DNA of 32,000 nt from an uncultured Clostridia bacterium (GTDB lineage: Bacteria > Bacillota > Clostridia > TANB77 > CAG-508): NCBI GenBank assembly GCA_934167835.1, contig CAKPLZ010000004.1:84593-116592 (forward strand), given 5' to 3'. Numbering within the stretch: the first letter of the stretch is position 1; each line of letters opens with the position of its first letter. The notes below the pieces were generated by a model. The model searched no databases and was not told the DNA's origin. It saw nothing but the letters and a program-made list of their open reading frames with translations. This document shows positions 12,161 to 19,694 of the stretch, piece by piece. The position numbers and the translations under genes were made by a program.

Positions 12161-12485
12161 TTTCTGTTCCTCCTTCTTTTTCGATTATTGGTATAATTTT
12201 TGTTATTCCTGCCATCTCAAATACTTTTTTTACGGTCTCTGTAGTATTGGTTATATACATTTTTCCACCAATCATATTCATCATTTTGTATCTTCCTAAA
12301 ACCATTCCTATTCCTGCGCTGTCCATAAATCCAACATTTTCAAAATCTAAAACTAATCTTTTTGGTATATATTTTTGAATTTCAAAATCTGCCCTTGTTC
12401 TAATTTTTTCAGAAGAGTAATGGTCTATTTCATCTGTAATAGCAATTGTTAAGAGCTTGTCCTTCTCATTATATGTAACTTTCAA
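12144..12485 (-). CDS. spoIIAA: Anti-anti-sigma factor (STAS domain)
   Basis: STAS fold with the phosphorylatable-serine motif [11 protein letters not shown] start with a GGAGGG RBS. First gene of the spoIIA-type operon. Confidence 0.85.
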   Translation of the reverse strand: MKVTYNEKDKLLTIAITDEIDHYSSEKIRTRADFEIQKYIPKRLVLDFENVGFMDSAGIGMVLGRYKMMNMIGGKMYITNTTETVKKVFEMAGITKIIPIIEKEGGTEIGKCV

Positions 12486-12523
12486 AAAAATCCCTCCTAA
12501 TTTTTTATGTATATATCATATAT

Positions 12524-12554
12524 ATTCTAGTTTTTTTTCGTTTTCCCTTCGATG
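12524..12554 (-). promoter_or_regulatory. Speculative sigma-H-like promoter with a 0A-box-like half site upstream of spoIIAA
   Basis: The - strand reads catCGAAgggaaaacgaaaaaaaactAGAATat. The TCGAA core resembles a Spo0A box. AGGGAAAA followed after a spacer by AGAAT loosely resembles the sigma-H -35 and -10 elements. Confidence 0.2.
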
Positions 12555-12574
12555 AAAAATGGGAAGTTTTGGCG

Positions 12575-12607
12575 AAAAAAAGCATGGAGAGAAACAGCCT
12601 CTCCATG
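12575..12607 (-). terminator. Rho-independent terminator after the dGTPase-like gene
   Basis: A 9-bp GC-containing stem, catggagag (12583-12591) with ctctccatg (12599-12607), followed on the - strand by a T run (+ strand A run 12575-12581). Confidence 0.8.
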
Positions 12608-12612
12608 TTTTT

Positions 12613-13761
12613 TTATGATAAATATATTTCACATTCATTTAAAAAGAATTTATCTGTTTGGCCTGCTATATAGTCTACAATTACTCGCCTTATATCAGTA
12701 TTTGGTTCTTCCATCATTTTATTTACAAAATGATAAAGCACTCTTTCCGATGAAGTTATTGTATTTTTCTTTATTTCTTCTTGTGGATTAACCTCTTTTA
12801 ACTTTTCTAAATAGAAATAGTACAATTCAACAAAGTATTTTTCAATTCTATCATAATTTGCGTTCGCTTTTTCTGAATTGTATATTTTTTCATAAGCCCA
12901 ATCTTTTAGTTGCATTAATGCATTAAATACTTCATCTGAGAAGCTTAAATATGGCTTATCAAAACTGTTTATAATAACATCCTTTATTAAAGTATCTACT
13001 ATTTTTGAATTATGATCACCAATTACTCTTCTTGGGAATTCTGGTATGTCCTCTCTTTTTACAACATCTAGCATTATAGCATCTTCTATGTCTCTTCCAA
13101 TATATGCAATAACATCTGATAGTCTTACTACACTTCCTTCAATTGTAATTGGAATTATTTTTCTACTATAATCCTTTTCATGAAAAGCATTATACAAATC
13201 TTTTTCAAATTCTTCTCTTGTTTTATTTGGATTGTGCTCATATTTATTAATTAAAATTTCACCATTATGTGCAAGTATTCCATCTAATGTTTGAAGGCTA
13301 ATATTTAAGCCTTCTATATTTTGAAGCATTCGTACTCCTTCTGCATTATGACAAAAATATCCTATTTTTTCTTTCTCGCATATTGCATTTAGCAAGCTTT
13401 CGCCTTTATGTCCAAATGGGGTATGGCCTATATCATGTCCAAGTGCAATTGCTTCTATTAGGTCTTCATTTAGTTTTAAACTTCTTCCTATTGTTCTTGC
13501 AATTTTTGACACTAATTGCACATGTAATACTCTTCTTGTAATATGGTCATTTTGTATAAAAGAATAAACTTGAGTTTTATCAATATATCTGGCATAGCCT
13601 GATGAATGTATTATTCTGTCTATATCTCTATAAAATATTGGTCGTATATCTTCTATGTCCTCTTTTAACCATACTCCTTCTTCAGATTTACATGCATAAG
13701 GTGATAGTTCTTTTTCCTTCGATACCATGTTTATTTTTGCTTTTTCTAATATTTCATTCAT
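12613..13761 (-). CDS. dGTP triphosphohydrolase-like HD-domain protein
   Basis: HD motif ALGHDIGHTPFGH, then AHNGE and RLSDVIAYIGRDIEDA, typical of the dGTPase family. Its start overlaps the rhodanese stop (ATGA). Confidence 0.8.
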   Translation of the reverse strand: MNEILEKAKINMVSKEKELSPYACKSEEGVWLKEDIEDIRPIFYRDIDRIIHSSGYARYIDKTQVYSFIQNDHITRRVLHVQLVSKIARTIGRSLKLNEDLIEAIALGHDIGHTPFGHKGESLLNAICEKEKIGYFCHNAEGVRMLQNIEGLNISLQTLDGILAHNGEILINKYEHNPNKTREEFEKDLYNAFHEKDYSRKIIPITIEGSVVRLSDVIAYIGRDIEDAIMLDVVKREDIPEFPRRVIGDHNSKIVDTLIKDVIINSFDKPYLSFSDEVFNALMQLKDWAYEKIYNSEKANANYDRIEKYFVELYYFYLEKLKEVNPQEEIKKNTITSSERVLYHFVNKMMEEPNTDIRRVIVDYIAGQTDKFFLNECEIYLS

Positions 13762-14082
13762 AAATTTTTTATTCCGCCTTCTATGTTATATAAATTTTTA
13801 TATCCTAGTTTTTTTAAAATTTGAATTGCTCTTTTGCTTCTTATTCCTGCACTACAATATACTATAATTATACTATCTATTGGCAATTTTCTTTTTGCTT
13901 CTTTTTGAATATCATATACTGGAATATTTATACTTCCGAGCAACATGCCCTTCAAGAAATTCCTGATGGCTTCTTACATCAAGCACTTTTACCTTATCTT
14001 TTGTTTTCATAAGTTCTAACATTTCTTTTACAGAAATATTTTCTATATTTCTATATATTTTTTTCACTAATTTTTTAAACAA
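13758..14082 (-). CDS. Single-domain rhodanese-like sulfurtransferase (107 aa). Needs one +1 shift at CGG.
   Basis: VLDVRSHQEFLEGHVA-G-SINIP and the active-site loop YCSAGIRS. Proposed TTG start at 14082, 10 nt after AGGAG. Segments 14082-13939 and 13937-13758 are multiples of 3. Confidence 0.75.
13936..13938 (-). other. In-frame CGG at a +1 frame junction (rhodanese)
   Basis: The coding strand reads GCT CGG A. The zero frame stops 8 codons later. The +1 frame gives EGHVA-G-SINIPVYD, the canonical rhodanese EGH..G.INIP pattern. Confidence 0.88.
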
Positions 14083-14097
14083 TTTCCTTCATCTCCT

Positions 14098-14134
14098 AAA
14101 AAAACCCTAATACTAGTATATTATGGGTTTTTTT
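14098..14134. terminator. Bidirectional terminator-like hairpin
   Basis: ccctaata (14105-14112) pairs with tattatggg (14119-14127, one bulge). An A run precedes it and a T run follows. Confidence 0.5.
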
Positions 14135-14145
14135 ATTTTGTGAAT

Positions 14146-14526
14146 TTAATTGTTTGTTTCAAAATTGGCAGTTACTGCAATAATGCTTGCTACATAGCTT
14201 GCAATCAATATTGAAAAAATTATTCTTGTTACTGGCATTCTTGTTATTGTAATTACTGCTAAAGTAAATACTAATGTGCCAACTATTCCTATTATGGATG
14301 TAAAAAGCACCTTTGCAATTCCTTGTTTATTATATTTTATTGCCAAGTAAATTAGTATAACTATTGTTGAAATTGTAACATATAATATATATTCCCTAGC
14401 TGTTGATAGTAATATATTTTTTGTATATCCATCAGCATAATTTAATCCGTTTTTTCCTAATAAAAACATTCCAATAATCATTATTACTACAGCTACTATA
14501 ATTAGAATTTTTTTAATGACTTTCAT
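14146..14526 (-). CDS. Small integral membrane protein, about 4 TM segments, function unknown
   Basis: 126 aa, almost entirely hydrophobic helices. It lies 17 nt downstream of the SecD-like gene. Confidence 0.6.
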   Translation of the reverse strand: MKVIKKILIIVAVVIMIIGMFLLGKNGLNYADGYTKNILLSTAREYILYVTISTIVILIYLAIKYNKQGIAKVLFTSIIGIVGTLVFTLAVITITRMPVTRIIFSILIASYVASIIAVTANFETNN

Positions 14527-14543
14527 TTTTTCATGTTCCTTTC

Positions 14544-15929
14544 TTATTTTTTACTTAAATTTTCAAATATAAATTTTGTAAATATAAAATTATAAATATA
14601 CACTAAAAGTATTCCCCAGAATAAAGTCATTCCAAAGCTACTAATGCTTGCAATTTTTGCAAATGAGAAAGATACTGCTATAACGTAAATTGGAAGAGAA
14701 TTTAGGAAAAATTCCAAATTAGCCTTTTTAAACATTCCTTCAGTTTCTTTTTTCAAATTTCTTAATACTATATATGTGAAAATGTACTCAAGTATCATTG
14801 ATATTACTATTGCAGACATACCTTCTGATGTTAGTATTACATTAGTTAATCTTAAAACCAATAATAATATTGATAAATATGCAACTTGGAAATATACAGC
14901 TATAAATCCCTTTGCTTTGTATGCTATTACTAAATAGATATACGCTATTACAAATACAGTTCCAATTGCTAAAGCATAAATATAAATGTCCTTTTCTCCT
15001 ATATAGTTTGAATTTTCTTCAGATGAGTACTTATATACAAGTGGTGCTGTTCCTGAATTTAGAAGTATTGCTTCTGCTCTTGCTTCATTCATTGCTGTTT
15101 GAATTTCGTCATTGTCATTTGAGTATCCATAAGTAAATAATATTTTGTCATTATATACTATGTTTGGTAAAGTAGTGGCTCCAAGAAACTTATCATTTAA
15201 AAGAACCCAAACATTTTTTGATGAAGTAACATTTTCTGTTTCTCCATTTTCATTTGTTTTTTCTTCAGTTGTTTCAACATAAATTTTGTTTAATTCTTCT
15301 AATTTCTTTGTTCCTTCTTCATTAAATTCTAATTGAAGAAAGACAGCTGTTTTAACATCACCATTTGAGTACATTACATCTGCTTTTTTCAAATAGCTGC
15401 TATCTAATACAACTTCAAAAGTTTCACCATCTAATAAAACAAAGCTTCCTGAATTTTTGATTAGGTTTTCAACATTATCTGCTTCTGAATTTTCAGGAAT
15501 TTCAATTTTCATTTTTCCTGTAATTTCATTTAGGTCTATTGAATATTCAGTTATATTGTTGTTTTTTAATCTTTGTTCGATTATCTTTTTTGCTTTTTTA
15601 TAGTTTTCAAGTTTTTTATTGCTAGAAGGATTTACGGCTTTTTCAACTGTTGTGTATCCTTCTTCTTCTGTATATTCCTTTCCTTCTTCTGGTGTTACTG
15701 TATTTCCTTCTGAATCATAAATTGTTGTTGTAACCTCTTGACTTACTTCTGCAGTAATTACTCTTGTTTTGCCAAATTCCATTCCTAATTTATAACCTGG
15801 TAAAATATTAATTCTTTCCCCATTTTCATTTTTTCTATATACACCAAAAAATGATGCAAACATTATTAAAGCTACAACTATAATTATAAGTACTGTTATT
15901 AATTTTTTATGTTTTTTCACTTTTTTCAA
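14544..15929 (-). CDS. SecD-like membrane protein (divergent): N-terminal TM, large extracytoplasmic domain, C-terminal TM bundle
   Basis: The architecture and local patterns (LGMEFGKTRV; IIEQRLKNNNITEYSIDLNEITGKMKIEIPE...NSGSFVLLD) resemble the SecD P1 head. About five TM segments follow. No strong catalytic-motif match could be made by eye. The TTG start at 15929 is uncertain. Confidence 0.35.
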   Translation of the reverse strand: MKKVKKHKKLITVLIIIVVALIMFASFFGVYRKNENGERINILPGYKLGMEFGKTRVITAEVSQEVTTTIYDSEGNTVTPEEGKEYTEEEGYTTVEKAVNPSSNKKLENYKKAKKIIEQRLKNNNITEYSIDLNEITGKMKIEIPENSEADNVENLIKNSGSFVLLDGETFEVVLDSSYLKKADVMYSNGDVKTAVFLQLEFNEEGTKKLEELNKIYVETTEEKTNENGETENVTSSKNVWVLLNDKFLGATTLPNIVYNDKILFTYGYSNDNDEIQTAMNEARAEAILLNSGTAPLVYKYSSEENSNYIGEKDIYIYALAIGTVFVIAYIYLVIAYKAKGFIAVYFQVAYLSILLLVLRLTNVILTSEGMSAIVISMILEYIFTYIVLRNLKKETEGMFKKANLEFFLNSLPIYVIAVSFSFAKIASISSFGMTLFWGILLVYIYNFIFTKFIFENLSKK

Positions 15930-15936
15930 ATCCCTT

Positions 15937-16596
15937 CTATAATAGTTTTGTATTGTTTATAATAAGTTCAAACCAAACTTGTAAATATTTTGCTGCATAT
16001 TTACTCATCATAGTTCTATCCATGAAAATCTCAAAATAGTCTAATACTGGGCATATTTTGGTATCAATTGTTAAGTCTAATATTATTTTTCTTTCAATAC
16101 TATCAATATTCAAGTTTGCTTCTGTTACAGCAAAGTTTACTCTATCATGTATATCAAATGTTGCCATATTTTTATTTACAACTCTGTCTCTATGAACATC
16201 AGATTTGTCTGCTAAAATAAGTGCCGCAGAAATATCACTAACTGCTGTACCTGTTGCTTCATCATGATTTCCTATTGCAGACATAATTTCTGCTCTATCT
16301 TTTATATCCATTCCCATATCCTTTAGAATGTTATATGCAAGTATTGCTCCAGAATGTGCGTGGTCAACTCTATTTACTCCATTACCAATATCATGTAAGT
16401 ACCCAGCAATTTTAGCAAGTTCGATTCTATGCTTATTATATCCCAATGATTCTAATATTTTTCCAGCTCTACTAGAAACTATACTAACATGTCTTTGTGA
16501 ATGCTCAGTATATCCTAATGCATCTAACTGTTTTTGAGCTCCAATTACTAATTCCTGTACTTCAGGATTATTTTTAACATCTTCAAAAGTTACCAT
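15937..16596 (-). CDS. HD-domain phosphohydrolase
   Basis: QRHVSIV...GYLHDIGN...HAHSGA...GNHDE metal-binding pattern. GGAGG RBS. Confidence 0.7.
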   Translation of the reverse strand: MVTFEDVKNNPEVQELVIGAQKQLDALGYTEHSQRHVSIVSSRAGKILESLGYNKHRIELAKIAGYLHDIGNGVNRVDHAHSGAILAYNILKDMGMDIKDRAEIMSAIGNHDEATGTAVSDISAALILADKSDVHRDRVVNKNMATFDIHDRVNFAVTEANLNIDSIERKIILDLTIDTKICPVLDYFEIFMDRTMMSKYAAKYLQVWFELIINNTKLL

Positions 16597-16623
16597 TTAC
16601 GACCTCCTATCTTTTCAACGGTT

Positions 16624-16652
16624 ATTATATCAAAAAAGAATATCAAATACAA
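16624..16652 (-). promoter_or_regulatory. Candidate sigma-A promoter for the HD hydrolase gene
   Basis: The - strand reads TTGTAT (16652-16647), a 17-nt spacer, then TATAAT (16629-16624). Confidence 0.5.
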
Positions 16653-16680
16653 TATTTTCTTCAAAAAAATAAAAAGAAAA

Positions 16681-16700
16681 GGTGCCCATTTAGAGCACCC
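16681..16700 (-). terminator. Rho-independent terminator after the 59-aa gene
   Basis: The - strand reads gggtgctc-taaat-gggcacc followed by ttttctttttattttttt. Confidence 0.65.
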
Positions 16701-16710
16701 TTTCTTCACT

Positions 16711-16890
16711 TTAACGTACGTACACTTTGTACTGTACGTTTCCACTCTCCACCATCACAAGGTCTGAGCAAATTTCCGAAATCTTGGTAGGAATAACAGA
16801 AACCTTAACGTTCTCATTTCCACCCTTAATTACGAAAATACTACATCTCTTTCCCTGCTTCGGCTTTTCGGTAGAAATTGCACACAGCAT
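16711..16890 (-). CDS. Small hypothetical protein (59 aa; 64 aa if it starts at ATG 16905)
   Basis: MLCAISTEKPKQGKRCSIFVIKGGNENVKVSVIPTKISEICSDLVMVESGNVQYKVYVR. It has a consensus promoter, a GGAGGA RBS, its own terminator, and a visibly higher G+C content than its flanks. I recognise no family. The track N-terminus at 16974 runs into the promoter and is rejected. Confidence 0.55.
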   Translation of the reverse strand: MLCAISTEKPKQGKRCSIFVIKGGNENVKVSVIPTKISEICSDLVMVESGNVQYKVYVR

Positions 16891-16945
16891 TTTCCCGTCC
16901 TCCATAAGTGTAATAAATTTAAGCAAAATGCTTACTACAATATAT

Positions 16946-16974
16946 ATTATACACTTTTTTCCAGATAATGTCAA
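16946..16974 (-). promoter_or_regulatory. Consensus sigma-A promoter for the 59-aa gene
   Basis: The - strand reads TTGACA (16974-16969), a 17-nt spacer, then TATAAT (16951-16946). Confidence 0.65.
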
Positions 16975-17011
16975 TTTTGGTGATTTTGGTTGAAAAATTA
17001 ATTAATTATTG

Positions 17012-18248
17012 TTATAGTTCAACTGTTTCATCTTTAATAAAATACTTTGTTCCAACCATTTTGTCTGGCAAATATTGTTGTTCTACAACATGCCCTGGGT
17101 AAAGATGTGGATACTTGTACCCGACGCCGTAGCCAAATTGACTCATTCCTTCTGCTGGCGCATTTCTTATATGCATTGGGATTTCGCCTGTGTCTTTTGT
17201 TCTTACATCTTCTAGTGCCTTATCAATTGCCAAATATGCACAGTTTGATTTTTTTGATAGTGCCACATATATTGCAGCTTCTGCAAGTATTATTCTTGCT
17301 TCTGGCATTCCAACATTTGCTGCAGCTTGCATTGCAGATGTTGCGACAACTAAGGCATTTGGATTTGCAAGCCCAACATCCTCAGCTGCGGAAATTACTA
17401 TTCTTCTTGCCAAAAATACTGGGTCTTCTCCTCCATCTATTGCCCTTGCTAGATAAAATACAGTTGCATCTGGGTCGCTTCCTCTCATTGATTTTATAAA
17501 TGCGCTTATATTATCATAATGGCTATCACCAGATTTATCAAACATAGTTTTTTTCTTTCCCATACATTCTGCTGCAATTTCCTGTGTGATTTTTATTGTT
17601 CCGTCTTCATCCATTTGTGTTGTTAAAACAGCAAGTTCTAGTGTATTTAAAGCAGTTCTAACATCACCACCAGATAATTTTGCAATTGCTTCTAAGGTGC
17701 TATCCTCAATTCCTATTTTGTAATTTCCCAGCCCCTCTTTATTTACTAATGCATTTTTTAAAATTTTAAAAATTTCCTTATATGTTAATGGGTTTAGTTT
17801 TACAACCATTGACCTTGAAATTAAAGCCTTATTTACTGAAAAATATGGATTTTCTGTTGTTGCGCCAATTAAAATTATTGTTCCATTTTCTACAAATGGA
17901 AGTAAAGCATCTTGTTGCAACTTATTGAATCTATGTATCTCATCAATAAACAAAATACACTTCCCTGATGGGTTAAACAAACTATTTTTAGACTCCTCAA
18001 CTGCTTGTTTTATATCTGCAACCCCTGCTGTTACCGCATTTAATTGAATAAACTTGTATTTAGTTGTATTACTAATTACTTTTGCAATAGATGTTTTACC
18101 ACATCCGTGTTGGTCCCCATAAAATAACACTTGTTAATCTATCGGCTTTTATTGTTCTATATAAAATTTTATCCTTTCCTAAAACCTCTTCTTGTCCAAC
18201 AAATTCCTCAAGCCTTGTTGGGCGAACTCTATGTGCTAAAGGCTCCAT
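17012..18248 (-). CDS. rarA: Replication-associated recombination protein A (AAA+ ATPase, 411 aa). Needs one +1 shift at CGG.
   Basis: N-terminus MEPLAHRVRPTRLEEFVGQEEVLG, Walker A ILWGPT-G-CGKTS, Walker B ILFIDEIHRF, and an MgsA C-terminal domain (HYDNISAFIKSMRGSDPDA). AGGTGA RBS. Segments 18248-18108 and 18106-17012 are multiples of 3. Confidence 0.88.
18105..18107 (-). other. In-frame CGG at a +1 frame junction (rarA, inside Walker A)
   Basis: The coding strand reads ACA CGG A. The zero frame stops 2 codons later. The +1 frame gives WGPT-G-CGKTSIAK. Confidence 0.9.
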
Positions 18249-18277
18249 CTTGCTTTTCACCTACCCTTATTTGTATT

Positions 18278-18306
18278 ATTCTATAATAAAAACAAAAGTT
18301 TTGCAA
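18278..18306 (-). promoter_or_regulatory. Candidate sigma-A promoter for rarA
   Basis: The - strand reads TTGCAA (18306-18301), a 17-nt spacer, then TAGAAT (18283-18278). Confidence 0.45.
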
Positions 18307-18429
18307 GAGGGAATTTGAAATATTTTTGATATAACCACTTATGTTTATTTATCAACTTACATTTTGGGTGTTTTTTAGATTTAATTATTTAGAATTAAAT
18401 TAACTATAATTAAATAAGATAATAAAGTT

Positions 18430-18706
18430 TTACTCAAATAAATCAGAATGCGAACCTGTTCTGGACAATGTTAATGTTAGCATATCATCCTCTATAAGAT
18501 AAATCAGCAGCCAATCCGGCTGAATATGGCATTCTTTAAAGCCGTTTAAACTTGCCACTTAAATAATGGTCCTTATATTTAGGTGGCAAAGTTTTTTCTT
18601 CCACTAATATTTTGACAACATCCTTCAGTTTCACAACATCATATCCTCTTTTTTGAATTAATTTATAATCCTTCTTAAATTGATTACTATATCTGACTTT
18701 TAGCAC
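18430..18706 (-). CDS. YafQ/RelE-family type II toxin (mRNA interferase, 91 aa). Needs one +1 shift at CGG.
   Basis: MLKVRYSNQFKKDYKLIQKRGYD...LPPKYKDHYLSGKFK-G-FKECHIQPDWLLIYLIEDDMLTLTLSRTGSHSDLFE. The GTG start overlaps the antitoxin stop (TAGTG). It is missing from the ORF track because both pieces are short. Confidence 0.75.
18542..18544 (-). other. In-frame CGG at a +1 frame junction (toxin)
   Basis: The coding strand reads AAA CGG C. The zero frame stops after 1 codon (CTT TAA). The +1 frame reads GGC TTT AAA GAA TGC CAT, giving the conserved K-G-x-x-ECH toxin core. Confidence 0.85.
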
Positions 18707-18975
18707 TATTTATTCAACTCCTTAAACATTTCATCTACATCATCAAAAGTCTTGCTAATATTCTTTCCAGTTTTTACATCCTCTAATGTGTCAATCGTTT
18801 CTTTATTGAAATTTGGATTTTTTATTTCAAAAGGAATTCCACCATTCAATATAACTTGTGTTAAAAACACATTAATAGCATCACTAATTGATAATCCAAG
18901 TGAATTTAATGTTTTTTCTGCTTTTTCTTTTATTTTAGGTTCAATTCTAACATGCAATGTATTTGTTCTAGCCAT
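18706..18975 (-). CDS. RelB/DinJ-family antitoxin
   Basis: MARTNTLHVRIEPKIKEKAEKTLNSLGLSISDAINVFL, a ribbon-helix-helix DinJ-like N-terminus. The GGAGGTG RBS lies 6 nt before ATG 18975. The upstream inverted repeat TTGTAT-N10-ATACAA overlaps a TGaTACAAT extended -10 and may be an operator. Confidence 0.8.
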   Translation of the reverse strand: MARTNTLHVRIEPKIKEKAEKTLNSLGLSISDAINVFLTQVILNGGIPFEIKNPNFNKETIDTLEDVKTGKNISKTFDDVDEMFKELNK

Positions 18976-19057
18976 ATTTAACACCTCCATATAACTATTA
19001 TATGTATTGTATCACATTTTATATACAAAAGCAATACAAAATGTTGTTTATTGTTGA

Positions 19058-19081
19058 CAAAAAAGAAGGATTGCTCCTTCT
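19058..19081 (-). terminator. Rho-independent terminator after ruvA
   Basis: The - strand reads agaagga-gcaa-tccttct followed by tttttt. Confidence 0.7.
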
Positions 19082-19088
19082 TCATAAA

Positions 19089-19685
19089 CTATTTTCCCAA
19101 AATTCCCAAAGCTTTTCTTATTATTTCTTCCACTCCTAAATTTTGTATATCTATTTTTTCCAATGCCTTATCTATTTCTTTTCTTGTATAGCCAAGTACT
19201 TGAAGTGCTGTGATTGCTTCTGTGCTGGTTTCGTCTTTTTGGATGGCCTGGGTAACTTTTTCGTTTTTGGTTATAGCTTGTTCTGTTTTTAGTTTGTCTT
19301 TTAGCTCTAGTATTATTCTTGCTGCTGTTTTGCTACCTATTCCTGGGATTTTTACTATTTTTGATACATCATTTGAAATTACGGCTAGAGCAAAGCTTGA
19401 TGGTGTTATGCTTGAAAGTATTTGTATTGCTGATTTTGCTCCTATTCCACTAACTTGCAAAAGTAGTTCGAACATTCTAAGTTCTTCGTTGCTTAAAAAT
19501 CCATATAGGCTTATGTTATCTTCTCTTACATAATAATATGTATGTATTTTCTGTTTTTCTCCTACATCTGGTAGTTTATCTATTGCAGATGGGGACATAA
19601 ATATTTTATATCCCACTCCACCTGCATCTATTACTACATAATTATTTGCTTTATCTGCTAATATTCCATTTATATATGCAAACAT
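19089..19685 (-). CDS. ruvA: Holliday junction branch migration complex subunit RuvA
   Basis: MFAYINGIL...VIDAGGVGYKIF, HhH motifs (VSGIGAKSAIQIL, IPGIGSKTAARIILELK) and a C-terminal domain III. Confidence 0.9.
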   Translation of the reverse strand: MFAYINGILADKANNYVVIDAGGVGYKIFMSPSAIDKLPDVGEKQKIHTYYYVREDNISLYGFLSNEELRMFELLLQVSGIGAKSAIQILSSITPSSFALAVISNDVSKIVKIPGIGSKTAARIILELKDKLKTEQAITKNEKVTQAIQKDETSTEAITALQVLGYTRKEIDKALEKIDIQNLGVEEIIRKALGILGK

Positions 19686-19694
19686 ACTTCCTCC

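Noticed and set aside
16711-16993. The extended 87-aa version of the small - strand ORF (start 16974) and the antisense 88-aa ORF 16727-16993
   Set aside because: The extension runs through the TTGACA/TATAAT promoter and AT-rich leader. The GGAGGA RBS sits immediately before the internal ATG at 16890. The + strand ORF is a mirror of the same G+C-rich stretch and has no signals.
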